A stretch of 64,000 nucleotides of DNA from Verrucomicrobiota bacterium. Lineage in GTDB: Bacteria > Verrucomicrobiota > Verrucomicrobiia > Limisphaerales > AAA164-E04. Below are positions 9,840 through 19,596 of the stretch, one piece after another. A program made the position numbers and the translations under genes. Under the pieces are notes generated by a model, which made no database searches, was not told where the DNA came from, and saw only the letters and a program-made list of their open reading frames with translations. How positions within the stretch are numbered: the stretch's first letter is position 1; each line of letters starts with the position of its first letter. Where the stretch lies: contig CP170459.1 of the NCBI GenBank assembly GCA_047947115.1, positions 4,256,001 through 4,320,000 of the forward strand, written 5' to 3'.

Positions 9840-12197
9840 TCATTCTCTGGTCAGGAAGGCGTCCAGATTCAATATCAGTCTCGTTACATGAACCCATGCC
9901 GCTTGTTCATGGATGGCAACATTCCGGGCGTGATGAGGTCCAACCAATTGTTTGGCTTCATCCTCACGTTTTTCATACCAGGACCTTCCCGACTCCAACA
10001 ACTTCACCAGCGCTTCCGATTCCTCCGGTTCAGGTTGCCGATGTAAGGCAACAAGAAAGGCTTTTGAAATGCGATAGTGATCGCCGATCGTTTCAGTATC
10101 GGACAGCAAACGGACCGAAAAAGCCTGAGCGGCTTCGACGAACACTTCGTTGTTCAAGGTGGTCATTGCCTGGAGCGCGTTGTTGGACCGGTCCCGGACA
10201 GCTGTGGAAGCCGAGGCATCCGGGCAATCAAACACCGTCAGATTCGGATCCATGGCTGTACGCCTGAAAAAGGTATAAATACCACGACGGTATCGATCGC
10301 GTCCTGTGGATTTTTTGCGATAGGGAGTAAAGCTTTGACTTAACACCACATCCGGGATCGGAGGAAACACAGAGGGCCCACCGACATCGAAGCTCAACAA
10401 ACCCGACACCTGAAGTGAGATGTCCCGCAGAATTTCAGCTTCGACACGAAACCGGTTTTGCCGGGCAAACAGACGGTTGTCGGGATCGATATCCTTCAGT
10501 TCGGGGCGGTGGATGGAAGATTGACGGTAGGTATCTGATGTGACAATGAATCGAATCAGGCGTTTCAAACTCCAGCCTCCTTCCTTCATCCACCAATCTG
10601 ACAACCAATCCAGCAGCTCGGGATGTGTCGGACGGCTCCCTCGATTGCCAAAATCCTGTACGGTATCCACCAAGGGACGTCCCATCAGATGCATCCAAAC
10701 CTTGTTCACCATGACACGCGCCGTCAGCGGGTTTAAATTTGAAAACATCCAGTCCACTAGATCCAGACGGTTTGCCTGCGGATGAAAGGATGGATCACTT
10801 TGAAACGCACTCGGAACCGACGCACTGAGAGCTCCCTGTTGAAGGTCCGGACGCAGAAAATCTCCACGCAGCAGCACGAACGTTTCGCGGCGATCTTTGG
10901 TGCGTTCCCGCATGTGTCGTGTCAAGCCATTGGAAGCATCGAACCGGAACAACTTCACCAATTGCCCCACCGTTTGATTGTTCAAGTTCTTGTCGTGAAC
11001 CTGACGCTGCAGCATGTCCTGCAGTTGATCCTGTAGGGTTGCACGTTCTTTCAGAATGGCGTCCGCACCTTCAGGCGCTTCAGTAAGAAAGGACGCGTCA
11101 AAATCCATGTTGTTGAAATAGGCCACCAGGGAATAATAGTCCTTTTGGCTGAAATCATCGTATGGGTGATCGTGGCATTGAGCGCAACCGACCGTCAGTC
11201 CCAGCCAGGAAGAACCCACCATATTGACACGATCCATCACCCGTTTGACACGATCTTCCTCCGCATCGATTCCACCTTCGAGATTGAACTGGGTCTGCAG
11301 ATGCAGTTTGGTGGCGATCAGAACTGCGGGATCATCCGTTTCCAGCAAATCACCCGCCAGCTGAGAACGACTGAACTGATCAAAAGGCATATCTGCGTTG
11401 AGTGCTCCGACGACCCAATCCCTGTAGCGCCAGGCGTCTTCCTTGACGCTGTCTTTTTCATAACCCAAGGAATCCGCATAACGCGCTTCATCCAACCAGT
11501 GACGTCCCCATCGTTCTCCAAAATGAGGAGAGGTAAGTAGCGCATCGACATGTTGTTCATACTGCGAGTCTGAAACCAATTCACCGACACGGTTCAGCTG
11601 CGCCTCATCCGGAAGCAGCCCGATCAGATCCAAACCAAGTCGCCGCATCAAAACCGCCCCACCGGCTGAAGGCGACAAGTCTATTCCCTCCTCAGACAGT
11701 CGATGTTCGATGAAATAATCCACCGGATGTTTCCCCTTGGGCACCTGCGCTCTTGAAATGGATATAAAAGCCCAGTGAGATGGCCATTCTGCGCCTGAAT
11801 GAATCCATTCTTTCAGATCCTGGATTTGCTGAGCCGTTAAGGGATCATGTCCTTCAGGCGGCATTCTGTCATCCAAATCCCCGGACACAATGCGCTGAAA
11901 CAAAACACTATTGGCCGAATGACCGGGAACCAGCCCCGGTTCACCCGAGTCCCCTGGAGTAAGCATCATTTGACGTGAAAGGACACTGAATCCCGAGGAC
12001 TTCTTCACCCCGCCGTGACATTCGGCACAGTGTTCATTGAGGATAGGTTGGACGACGTGCTGAAAATCCGGACCGCCACCAGCCAACACATCAGGCGTTG
12101 CGAGAAAAACAACGAAACACAACAACCCGACAACCGATCGGGAAACGCATCGGTAATGGAACAATCCTCTCAGATCGCAATCAACGGGCATGAACAA
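9840..12197 (-). CDS. PSD1/planctomycete cytochrome c protein (DUF1549/DUF1553)
   Basis: CAECH, RMPP, GERWGRHWLD, GCAQCHDHPYD, NPLTARVMVN, HPELLDWL. Confidence 0.92.
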   Translation of the reverse strand: MFMPVDCDLRGLFHYRCVSRSVVGLLCFVVFLATPDVLAGGGPDFQHVVQPILNEHCAECHGGVKKSSGFSVLSRQMMLTPGDSGEPGLVPGHSANSVLFQRIVSGDLDDRMPPEGHDPLTAQQIQDLKEWIHSGAEWPSHWAFISISRAQVPKGKHPVDYFIEHRLSEEGIDLSPSAGGAVLMRRLGLDLIGLLPDEAQLNRVGELVSDSQYEQHVDALLTSPHFGERWGRHWLDEARYADSLGYEKDSVKEDAWRYRDWVVGALNADMPFDQFSRSQLAGDLLETDDPAVLIATKLHLQTQFNLEGGIDAEEDRVKRVMDRVNMVGSSWLGLTVGCAQCHDHPYDDFSQKDYYSLVAYFNNMDFDASFLTEAPEGADAILKERATLQDQLQDMLQRQVHDKNLNNQTVGQLVKLFRFDASNGLTRHMRERTKDRRETFVLLRGDFLRPDLQQGALSASVPSAFQSDPSFHPQANRLDLVDWMFSNLNPLTARVMVNKVWMHLMGRPLVDTVQDFGNRGSRPTHPELLDWLSDWWMKEGGWSLKRLIRFIVTSDTYRQSSIHRPELKDIDPDNRLFARQNRFRVEAEILRDISLQVSGLLSFDVGGPSVFPPIPDVVLSQSFTPYRKKSTGRDRYRRGIYTFFRRTAMDPNLTVFDCPDASASTAVRDRSNNALQAMTTLNNEVFVEAAQAFSVRLLSDTETIGDHYRISKAFLVALHRQPEPEESEALVKLLESGRSWYEKREDEAKQLVGPHHARNVAIHEQAAWVHVTRLILNLDAFLTRE

Positions 12198-12233
12198 ACA
12201 CTAGCAAGTCACAGAGCTCATACAAGCCTTCTT

Positions 12234-12603
12234 CGGTAGGGCCGCGCTGCCACGCGGCCGCGAACGCGCATGCTGCTCACGAAAGTTCACAGCACCATGT
12301 GAACGCACCACCGGACACGCAGCAACGTGTCCCTACCTGACGCTCCCCGCCCGCCTCCGGTAGGGCCGCGCTGCCGCGCGGCCGCAAACGCGCATGCTGC
12401 TCACGAAAGTTCACAGCACCATTCGAACGCACCACCGGACACGCCGCAACGTGTCCCCACCTGACGCTCCCCGCCCACCTCCGGTAGGGCCGCGCTGCCG
12501 CGCGGCCACGAACGCGCATGCTGCTCACGAAAGTTCACAGCACCATGCGAACGCACCACCGGACACGCAGCAACGTGTCCCTACCTGACGCTCCCCGCCC
12601 CAC
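12234..12603. repeat. Three tandem 124-bp REPIN/BIME-like units
   Basis: GGTAGG at 12235, 12359 and 12483; each unit has GTAG-REP ggtagggccgcgctgccgcgcggcc and an inverted ggacacgcagcaacgtgtcc(c/t)acc-type partner. Confidence 0.9.
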
Positions 12604-12689
12604 CATGCGTATGGTCATTGACACGAATGATTCTAAACGTAATCCTACCTGCGCACCCTCCTTGGAGCATGTGATGCAAAGCATGCGAC

Positions 12690-13367
12690 ATGGAACAACT
12701 CAGATATAACGCTCACCGAACCACAGCTTTCACACTGATGGAACTGCTGGTGGTGATTTCAATCGTAGCCATACTGGGTGCACTGGCGTTGCCCGGCTTC
12801 CGAGAAGGAGGACAGCGCGTCAAAAGCGCCATTTGCTTAAACAACCTCAAGCAATGGGGATTGGCCACTCAACTTTACGCTCTGGAACATGACGACTGGC
12901 TTCCCAAAGATGGCGCCCCCAATGGAACATCAAAACGCCAAGGCTGGTACATCGATCTCCCCGCACAACTGGGCATACCGAACTATCACACCTTGGCCTG
13001 GCGAACAAATGCGGTTCAAAAACCACCGAAATGTCTCTGGATCTGCCCTGCCAATCGCACTCGAAGCAACGGAAACAATCTGTTCCATTACTGCCTAAAT
13101 GCACACGTCAATGGATCCGGCGTTGGGAACCAGATCAAGCTCAGTTCCATCCCATCCCCCGGGAAAACCATCTGGCTCTTTGACAATGGAAAGCGGGCCG
13201 CCGTGGCCCAGCACAACAATGTCCACACCAATCTGCATGCTGGAGGAGCACAATTTTCCTTTTTGGACGGGCATTCACAAAGGTTTCGAAATGGAGCATA
13301 CTGGGATTTCAAAATCGACAGAGGCAAATTAGATCACCCTGAACTCCATTGGATCCCTACGCGTTAA
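12690..13367 (+). CDS. Type IV pilin-like N-methylation domain protein with H-X9-DG motif (DUF1559-like)
   Basis: AFTLMELLVVISIVAIL, CLNNLKQWGLA, HAGGAQFSFLDGH. Confidence 0.9.
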   Translation: MEQLRYNAHRTTAFTLMELLVVISIVAILGALALPGFREGGQRVKSAICLNNLKQWGLATQLYALEHDDWLPKDGAPNGTSKRQGWYIDLPAQLGIPNYHTLAWRTNAVQKPPKCLWICPANRTRSNGNNLFHYCLNAHVNGSGVGNQIKLSSIPSPGKTIWLFDNGKRAAVAQHNNVHTNLHAGGAQFSFLDGHSQRFRNGAYWDFKIDRGKLDHPELHWIPTR

Positions 13368-13411
13368 TGAGCATTGCCCCGCGCAGCAATCACCCTTTAC
13401 CACAACCAACA

Positions 13412-13443
13412 TGTTGACGTTAACGTTATACTCAAGCTACATT
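13412..13443 (+). promoter_or_regulatory. Candidate sigma70 promoter overlapped by a LacI-like palindrome
   Basis: TTGACG-N18-TACATT; TGTTGACGTTAACG is a near-palindrome over the -35. Confidence 0.3.
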
Positions 13444-13534
13444 AGTTTCCATCACAAACGATACACCTAAACCTGTAAAACTGTCGTCCGGGTTAAAAAA
13501 AAGCCGGCGAATGAAATGAGCTGACACTTAAGGT

Positions 13535-16500
13535 ATGAAAAACAAGACTCAATCTAAAAAGTGGTTTCGCCTGCTGTGCGTGGGCCAACTGGTAAGCTGC
13601 ATGCTTGGTCATGCAGCTGTATTGGATGATTTCAATGACAATGCCAAAACAGACTGGACGGACTTTAGTTTTGTGGATGGATTTGGCCTGCCCACCGAAT
13701 CGGGCGGACAATTCAAATTCGAACTTCCCCCGGCAGGACAGGACATTTTTACAGCGGCCCAGAAGACCAGCCAGCTCTTTGAACTCAAGGACGGCCGCAC
13801 TATAGAATTCACAGTGGATGTGTTGGAATCCACCGGTGAGGACACCTTTGCTGTGTTGGCATTCATCCCCAATACCGGAGGTAACGGCCCGGGCACACTG
13901 GCTGGGTATGGATTGGCGAAAGATCCGACCGATGTCCTCATCACCAAAGGGATTCAGAAATACTTCATAGCAGACGACGGTGAAGGCGCCAGTTTGCAAA
14001 ATGAAAACATCCGTTTGTCCCTGACCATGACGGCAGCGGCAGGAAATGTTGAAGTCACCGGAAAAATCATCGACATCGCGAGTGACGAGATTCTATGGGA
14101 AAACACGATCGTGGACACACCGGCCAGCGACGTCATGACCGATGGCTCGGACGAACCTGCGGCTCCCTTTATTACGACCGGCTATTTCACCCTTTATTGC
14201 TACCAACAATTCAACGGAGCAACACCTTTGTATGCTCTCTCCTACGATAACGCCAGCGTCACCGTCACAGACGCCATTACCGAAACCTTGTTGGATGACT
14301 TTGATGACAACGCCAAATCGGATTGGAGCGATTTCACGTTTGTGGACGGATTCGGGCTTCCTTCGGAGGAAGGTGGCAGGTTTATCTTCGATCTTCCCGG
14401 CGCCGGGCAAGACATCTTTACTGCCAGTCAGAAAATCAGCCGTGAGATCACCCTTGCCGAAGGTCAGACAGTGGAACTGAAAGTTGATGTGGAGGAATCC
14501 ACAGGCGAAGACACATTCGCCGTGCTGGCATTCATCCCCAACACCGGTGGCAATAGTCCAGGGACTCTCGCCGGATATGGTCTTGCGAAGGATCCCACGG
14601 ATGTATTGATCACAAAGGGCATCCAGAAATATTTCATTGCCGACGACGGTGAAGGAGCCACCCTGCAGAACGAAAACATCACCCTTTCTCTAAAGCTGGA
14701 GGTTCGCGGCGGAAACGTGGAAGTTACCGGTTCGATCATCGACAAAGCATCTGGAGATGTCCTATGGCAACAAACCGTCATCGACACTCCAGCGGCAGAC
14801 GTCATGACCGACGGCACCGATGAACCCGCCGCTCCATTCATCACCAGCGGTTATTTCACACTATACTGCTATCAACAATTCAACGGCTCGGATCGGTATC
14901 GCCTCGTCTACGACAATGCCGTGCTGGTGGCTCCACCGGTACCTGACAAGATTGCACCAACCCTTTCAGACATCCACCCCGCGGCGTTTGCCAATTTCCT
15001 GCCAAACAACACCGTAGTGTCCTTTAGCGCGACCGACGATGAAGAACTTACAGACAGCAGTATGGCCATCACATTGAACGGAACAACCTATACCAGCGAA
15101 AATGGCTTGTCTGTTTCCGGCACGGGCAACACAAGGTCAGCAAGTCTTGGGAATCTGGAAATCAACACGGATTACACCGCCACACTCCAGGCAACCGATT
15201 CCGAGGGATCGACCACGACCCGCACTATCTATTTCGACACCTTTCTTTCATCGAACCGTATCATCGAAGCCGAGGATTATGATTTTGATGACGGACTTTA
15301 CATCAACGATCCCGAACCATCCTTCGAAGGCTTCTTCAGTCCAGAAGGCTACGCGCTGCAATTCGGCAGTGAGGAAATCGATTTCCATGACACACGCGAA
15401 AACGCCGATGCGGAGGATAACCCCTATCGCGAACCGGACGGTGCCCGCACCCAGCGATCCCGCGACATTGTGCGCGCCAAATTTTCCGCCAAAGGTGGAT
15501 CGGCCCAGGATGTGTATGATTACGACATCGGCGATATCGCTTCGGGAGAATGGATGAATTACACACGCAATTTCTCCGAAGGAAACTACTTGGTCTACCT
15601 CCGCGAATCCCTGTCGAACATGCACAACGGTGGTGAAAGCCGACTCGAGCTGGTCACCTCCGGAGCTGGAACAGAATCCCAGCAAACCCAGGTGCTTGGT
15701 TCCTTTCTGGGTGAACTCACCGGTTTTCAATACCGTAATTTCCCCCTGACGGATGGAACCGGCTCCCCCGTCATTCTACAGTTGGATGGCGTCACCACCC
15801 TCAGACTGTATCAAGTAACGGCCGACCCCGATGACGGCGCCCGCCTGTTGAACTACCTGGTATTTGTGCCGGTTCCGGATCCCGGATTGCAACGTGCCAC
15901 GGTGTTGGGATTGATTCCAAACAACGGATCCACAGTTCGCAGCGTCCAACCCACCATTGAGGCTTCTTTGGTCAACCGCGACACTTCGGTCAATGTGAAC
16001 ACCGTGCAATTAAGCATCAATGACGAGATCGTTCCCGCGAATATTACGGCCACTTCAAGTGGCGCCAGTATTTCATATACGCTTGCCGCCTTGCCTAAAT
16101 CCGGCGCGGTCAACAATGGTTCTATCAGCTTTACTGACAGTGACGGTGAGGAGATTACCAAGACCTGGACATTTACGGTGGAATACAGCAGCCTGGATCC
16201 AGCCAACGCCATCAGCGGCAACGGCACCACTTCGGGCATGAATGTCCGGGTTGTTCAAGCGCCTGCCGGATCGATCATGGAAAGCACTCTGGTCAGAGCG
16301 GAAGAACAGCTCAAACAAGACAGTTCCATTGAAATTGAGCAGGAAACGAGCATTGTCGACTCCACCATCAATTACAGTCAGAACGAACCAGGCAGCGCGG
16401 ACGGCCATTTCCCTGATGACGTCCAGTTCCCGGGTCTTGAAGAAGCATTTCACGCTGACTTTTTCACCACAGAGGTCACCACCTATTTGGATCTGAAGGC

Positions 16501-16981
16501 CGGCACCTATCGATTTGGTGTTCGCAGTGATGATGGCTACAAAGTGCAATGTGTGACGGACTTCAGCCAAGTGAACACCGCGCCCCTTGCTTTTTGGAGT
16601 GGTACAGCCAATGTCACTTACGATTTCGTAGTCGCAAGAAGCGGACTGTATCCCTTCCGCCTGGTTCACTATGAACAATCAGGCGGCGCACACCTGGAAT
16701 GGTTTGTTGAGGATCTTGATTCGGGGGAAAGGACACTGATCAATGCCGACAATTCGCCGATCAAAGCATATACAGAATTCGAGGCAGTCATGGAAATGGC
16801 TCCCCCTGTACTCCACGCACCGGTTCGGACCGCAAACAACCTGGAGATCACTTGGGATGGCGGCGGTGCACTCTATGCTTCCCCTTCTCTGGATGGACCA
16901 TGGACGGTAGTTTCCCAATCATCTCCAGCTACGGTCAATATTGAGGCATCTGGCAACAAGTTCTTCCGTGTCGAGCGATAG
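13535..16981 (+). CDS. Large secreted multidomain protein (duplicated beta-rich domain, CBM-like, PA14-like, C-terminal FFRV tail)
   Basis: Signal peptide; ~223-aa tandem repeat; IIEAEDYD...GEWMNYT (CBM6-like); YRFGVRSDDG...YEQSGGA (PA14-like); KFFRVER end. Confidence 0.75.
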   Translation: MKNKTQSKKWFRLLCVGQLVSCMLGHAAVLDDFNDNAKTDWTDFSFVDGFGLPTESGGQFKFELPPAGQDIFTAAQKTSQLFELKDGRTIEFTVDVLESTGEDTFAVLAFIPNTGGNGPGTLAGYGLAKDPTDVLITKGIQKYFIADDGEGASLQNENIRLSLTMTAAAGNVEVTGKIIDIASDEILWENTIVDTPASDVMTDGSDEPAAPFITTGYFTLYCYQQFNGATPLYALSYDNASVTVTDAITETLLDDFDDNAKSDWSDFTFVDGFGLPSEEGGRFIFDLPGAGQDIFTASQKISREITLAEGQTVELKVDVEESTGEDTFAVLAFIPNTGGNSPGTLAGYGLAKDPTDVLITKGIQKYFIADDGEGATLQNENITLSLKLEVRGGNVEVTGSIIDKASGDVLWQQTVIDTPAADVMTDGTDEPAAPFITSGYFTLYCYQQFNGSDRYRLVYDNAVLVAPPVPDKIAPTLSDIHPAAFANFLPNNTVVSFSATDDEELTDSSMAITLNGTTYTSENGLSVSGTGNTRSASLGNLEINTDYTATLQATDSEGSTTTRTIYFDTFLSSNRIIEAEDYDFDDGLYINDPEPSFEGFFSPEGYALQFGSEEIDFHDTRENADAEDNPYREPDGARTQRSRDIVRAKFSAKGGSAQDVYDYDIGDIASGEWMNYTRNFSEGNYLVYLRESLSNMHNGGESRLELVTSGAGTESQQTQVLGSFLGELTGFQYRNFPLTDGTGSPVILQLDGVTTLRLYQVTADPDDGARLLNYLVFVPVPDPGLQRATVLGLIPNNGSTVRSVQPTIEASLVNRDTSVNVNTVQLSINDEIVPANITATSSGASISYTLAALPKSGAVNNGSISFTDSDGEEITKTWTFTVEYSSLDPANAISGNGTTSGMNVRVVQAPAGSIMESTLVRAEEQLKQDSSIEIEQETSIVDSTINYSQNEPGSADGHFPDDVQFPGLEEAFHADFFTTEVTTYLDLKAGTYRFGVRSDDGYKVQCVTDFSQVNTAPLAFWSGTANVTYDFVVARSGLYPFRLVHYEQSGGAHLEWFVEDLDSGERTLINADNSPIKAYTEFEAVMEMAPPVLHAPVRTANNLEITWDGGGALYASPSLDGPWTVVSQSSPATVNIEASGNKFFRVER

Positions 16982-17023
16982 TCGGCAAACAAACGGATTC
17001 TGAACCGAATGATTTAATCAATC

Positions 17024-17062
17024 ATCCCCTTGAGCGCATGGATCGCTCGAGGGGATTTTTTT
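17024..17062 (+). terminator. Intrinsic terminator
   Basis: atcccct-tgagcg-catggat-cgctcg-aggggat followed by a T run, between convergent genes. Confidence 0.75.
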
Positions 17063-17072
17063 GCAGGTTCCT

Positions 17073-18104
17073 TTACCATTTTTGTTCCCAGGACTGGAAA
17101 GTTTCGGCGATGTCTTTACCGTAACTGCCATACCAACTGTAGCCGTTTCGACGTTCCATACCGATTTCATTGTAATCATATTTCTTGATGCCATCTCGAT
17201 CACAAAAGAATGGGCGATTGGTTTCGATTTCATAGAACCTTGCCCATAAAACGTCGGCATCCGGATCCCGAACAGCAACCCGCCCCACATCCGGCTTCTT
17301 TTCAAGTCGAATACCATGCACCTTAGACGCTGCATACCATTTCGCGCCGGAGCGGATGGCACGCTTTACGGCAGGATTGGGGTTATCCAGTTTCATGAGA
17401 AACCGCAGAATCCCGGCGCTTTCGCCACCGCTCAGGGATTCCAGTTCATACGACCTTGCAGGCCGTGGCTCAAACGTCGCTGCATCGTGTTGGGCACACC
17501 AGACAGTGAGTTTCCCATTCACTTTGATTTGACAATCCAAAATGCACTGAATCCCCTTTTCAATAGCCACTTGAATGCTGGCACGCTTTTCCTGACCGAC
17601 TAAATCATAAGTCGTTTCACCACACACTTCCTGCAAGAAATCCAGAATCCTTATCATTGAGTTGTCATTAAACGTGATATGTCGCGGGTAACCGTTCCCT
17701 GGCGGAAAGTATTGAGACCAACCACCAGTGGGATACTGCGCTTCAAGGATATGGTCCAACCCTTTCAAAAACCCATCACGAAACCGCAACTCATTGGATG
17801 CATTGAAAGCCCGGGCGAGAAAACGCAATTCACCGGTCGTTGCTCCGTTGTCGAATGTTCCACGGAGGTCTTTCTTTGCGCCATCATACGGTTTGGTGGC
17901 GGTGTCGCCATTCTTGGGCCAGCTGCCATGAGGTGATTGCCAGCTCAGCACGTTATCAGCGATCCGAATGCCTTCCTCCGATCGCATCCAATCGGCACTC
18001 TGCTGAGTGAACACAGATGGAACCGTCGCATGCGCCAAGGGCGCGCAATAAACGCCCAGTATCAACAACCAAGTTTGTGTTTTCTTTTTATTTTGAACCT
18101 TCAT
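17073..18104 (-). CDS. pelA: Pectate lyase, PL10 (PelA/Pel-15E) family
   Basis: GSWPKN, TFDNGAT, HITFNDNSM, WCAQHD, PARSYE, WARFYE, ERRNGYSWY. Confidence 0.9.
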   Translation of the reverse strand: MKVQNKKKTQTWLLILGVYCAPLAHATVPSVFTQQSADWMRSEEGIRIADNVLSWQSPHGSWPKNGDTATKPYDGAKKDLRGTFDNGATTGELRFLARAFNASNELRFRDGFLKGLDHILEAQYPTGGWSQYFPPGNGYPRHITFNDNSMIRILDFLQEVCGETTYDLVGQEKRASIQVAIEKGIQCILDCQIKVNGKLTVWCAQHDAATFEPRPARSYELESLSGGESAGILRFLMKLDNPNPAVKRAIRSGAKWYAASKVHGIRLEKKPDVGRVAVRDPDADVLWARFYEIETNRPFFCDRDGIKKYDYNEIGMERRNGYSWYGSYGKDIAETFQSWEQKW

Positions 18105-18129
18105 TTGAACCGTTCAACAACCAAAAGTT

Positions 18130-19581
18130 CTACTTCCTCGCATGGTAAAGTCGGTCCAAAACATTTCGAGTGATCTGTTCCACGACGGGATCCTTTCCAG
18201 CCAACCCATGCGCCCAATCCGTGCTACCGCAGGTAAAAACTGTTCCCCCTCGCGTATAAACTCCCAAAACAGCATGACCTTCCCGGCCATTCTCCCATTG
18301 ATCATACCACTGGCAATCATCGGGATGCCATTTGGCGGGAGCTGTGCCGAGGATCTGAAATGTTTTTGGAGTGCCATCCTTGAATGTAGGAACAGGCAAT
18401 CCATCTTTCCATTGCATCTCACACCCATCACATTCATACCCGACAATGGTATCCTGGCCACCAAAGGTATCGTCACGCTTCAATGATGTTTTGGCAAAAA
18501 CCCAATGATCCGGGCGATGCACAGTGTAAGCGCCGCTGCCCTCCATGTATTGTCCGTGACTGCGATGATAACCTCCCCAAAGAAATCCAACACCCGTCAA
18601 TGTGTTCTCTGGACGTTCCACCAAGTGGTGGCTCCATAGTGATGACAACAATCCATACTCTTCCCGAGCCTGATAAACGGGATCCGAATGGTAGTTTTGC
18701 TTCCAACACGTCGAGGCATGCCCGTCATCCTCATTACGTATCTGCCAACAACAAGTGTTCCCACTGAAAAAAGCCACGTTGCCACCCTTGCCGATGTAGG
18801 CCTCCAAGTGATCCCGCATGGGAGCCGACCAATATTCATCATGACCGACGCTGAGCACCAGATTGTAATGATCGAGCAGACCGGGATGAAACTCCAAATC
18901 ATTGTTTGCCGCGTAATCCAAAGCATACCCGCTGCTTTCGGCCCACTTCACAAACGCCTGTTCCCATCGACCAAACAAACTGCTCGGAGGACGTTCAAAG
19001 GAAACCCGATGCCCCTGATTCCCGGCTGTTCCGTGAAATCCATACAAACTGAAACCACCCCAATTGTTGTAGGCATTATAAGTGTTGGTGGAAAGCTGCA
19101 GAAGTATTTTGGTATCCCTCCCTGGATGAGCAGGACGAACAATAAAATAACAGGAACCTTCCGATTGCCTGATATTGCGCTGCACATACTTGCCCCCTCG
19201 ATCACGCACTCTAAACCGAACTTCATAATAACCGGATGATTGATCCTCAGGAATGGGAACTTCCACCGCAACAGGCCAACCACAGCCATGCGAGGAGGCA
19301 TTTTCCGGCACCGGATACTCCTGGCCTGCGATCCTCTCTCCGGTCCAAACTTTGGTTACCTCCCCCCCCAATCTCACGATTTCCGCCGAAAACTCCGCAG
19401 CGGATGTCGAGACATGCAAGGACAGGGTTTCACCCGGGGCATAGCTCACCTTCCCGGCATACCCTTCCACGAACAAAGGACGCGGTTCCTCAGAACAAAC
19501 CAGCAGGTGAAAACAAAACAAAACAGCGGCTTTGAAAACATTTGAAGCACTTACGGGACTTGGCATGCGAAAAAGTAACAT
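18130..19581 (-). CDS. N,N-dimethylformamidase beta-subunit family protein
   Basis: TYNAYNNWGG, VSFERP, SVGHDEYWS, FFSGNTCCW, GYECD; signal peptide. Confidence 0.8.
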   Translation of the reverse strand: MLLFRMPSPVSASNVFKAAVLFCFHLLVCSEEPRPLFVEGYAGKVSYAPGETLSLHVSTSAAEFSAEIVRLGGEVTKVWTGERIAGQEYPVPENASSHGCGWPVAVEVPIPEDQSSGYYEVRFRVRDRGGKYVQRNIRQSEGSCYFIVRPAHPGRDTKILLQLSTNTYNAYNNWGGFSLYGFHGTAGNQGHRVSFERPPSSLFGRWEQAFVKWAESSGYALDYAANNDLEFHPGLLDHYNLVLSVGHDEYWSAPMRDHLEAYIGKGGNVAFFSGNTCCWQIRNEDDGHASTCWKQNYHSDPVYQAREEYGLLSSLWSHHLVERPENTLTGVGFLWGGYHRSHGQYMEGSGAYTVHRPDHWVFAKTSLKRDDTFGGQDTIVGYECDGCEMQWKDGLPVPTFKDGTPKTFQILGTAPAKWHPDDCQWYDQWENGREGHAVLGVYTRGGTVFTCGSTDWAHGLAGKDPVVEQITRNVLDRLYHARK

Positions 19582-19596
19582 CCTATTCGTTTTGAA

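Noticed and set aside
12277..12709. Short ORFs within the 124-bp repeats
   Set aside because: Repeat-derived, with no protein features
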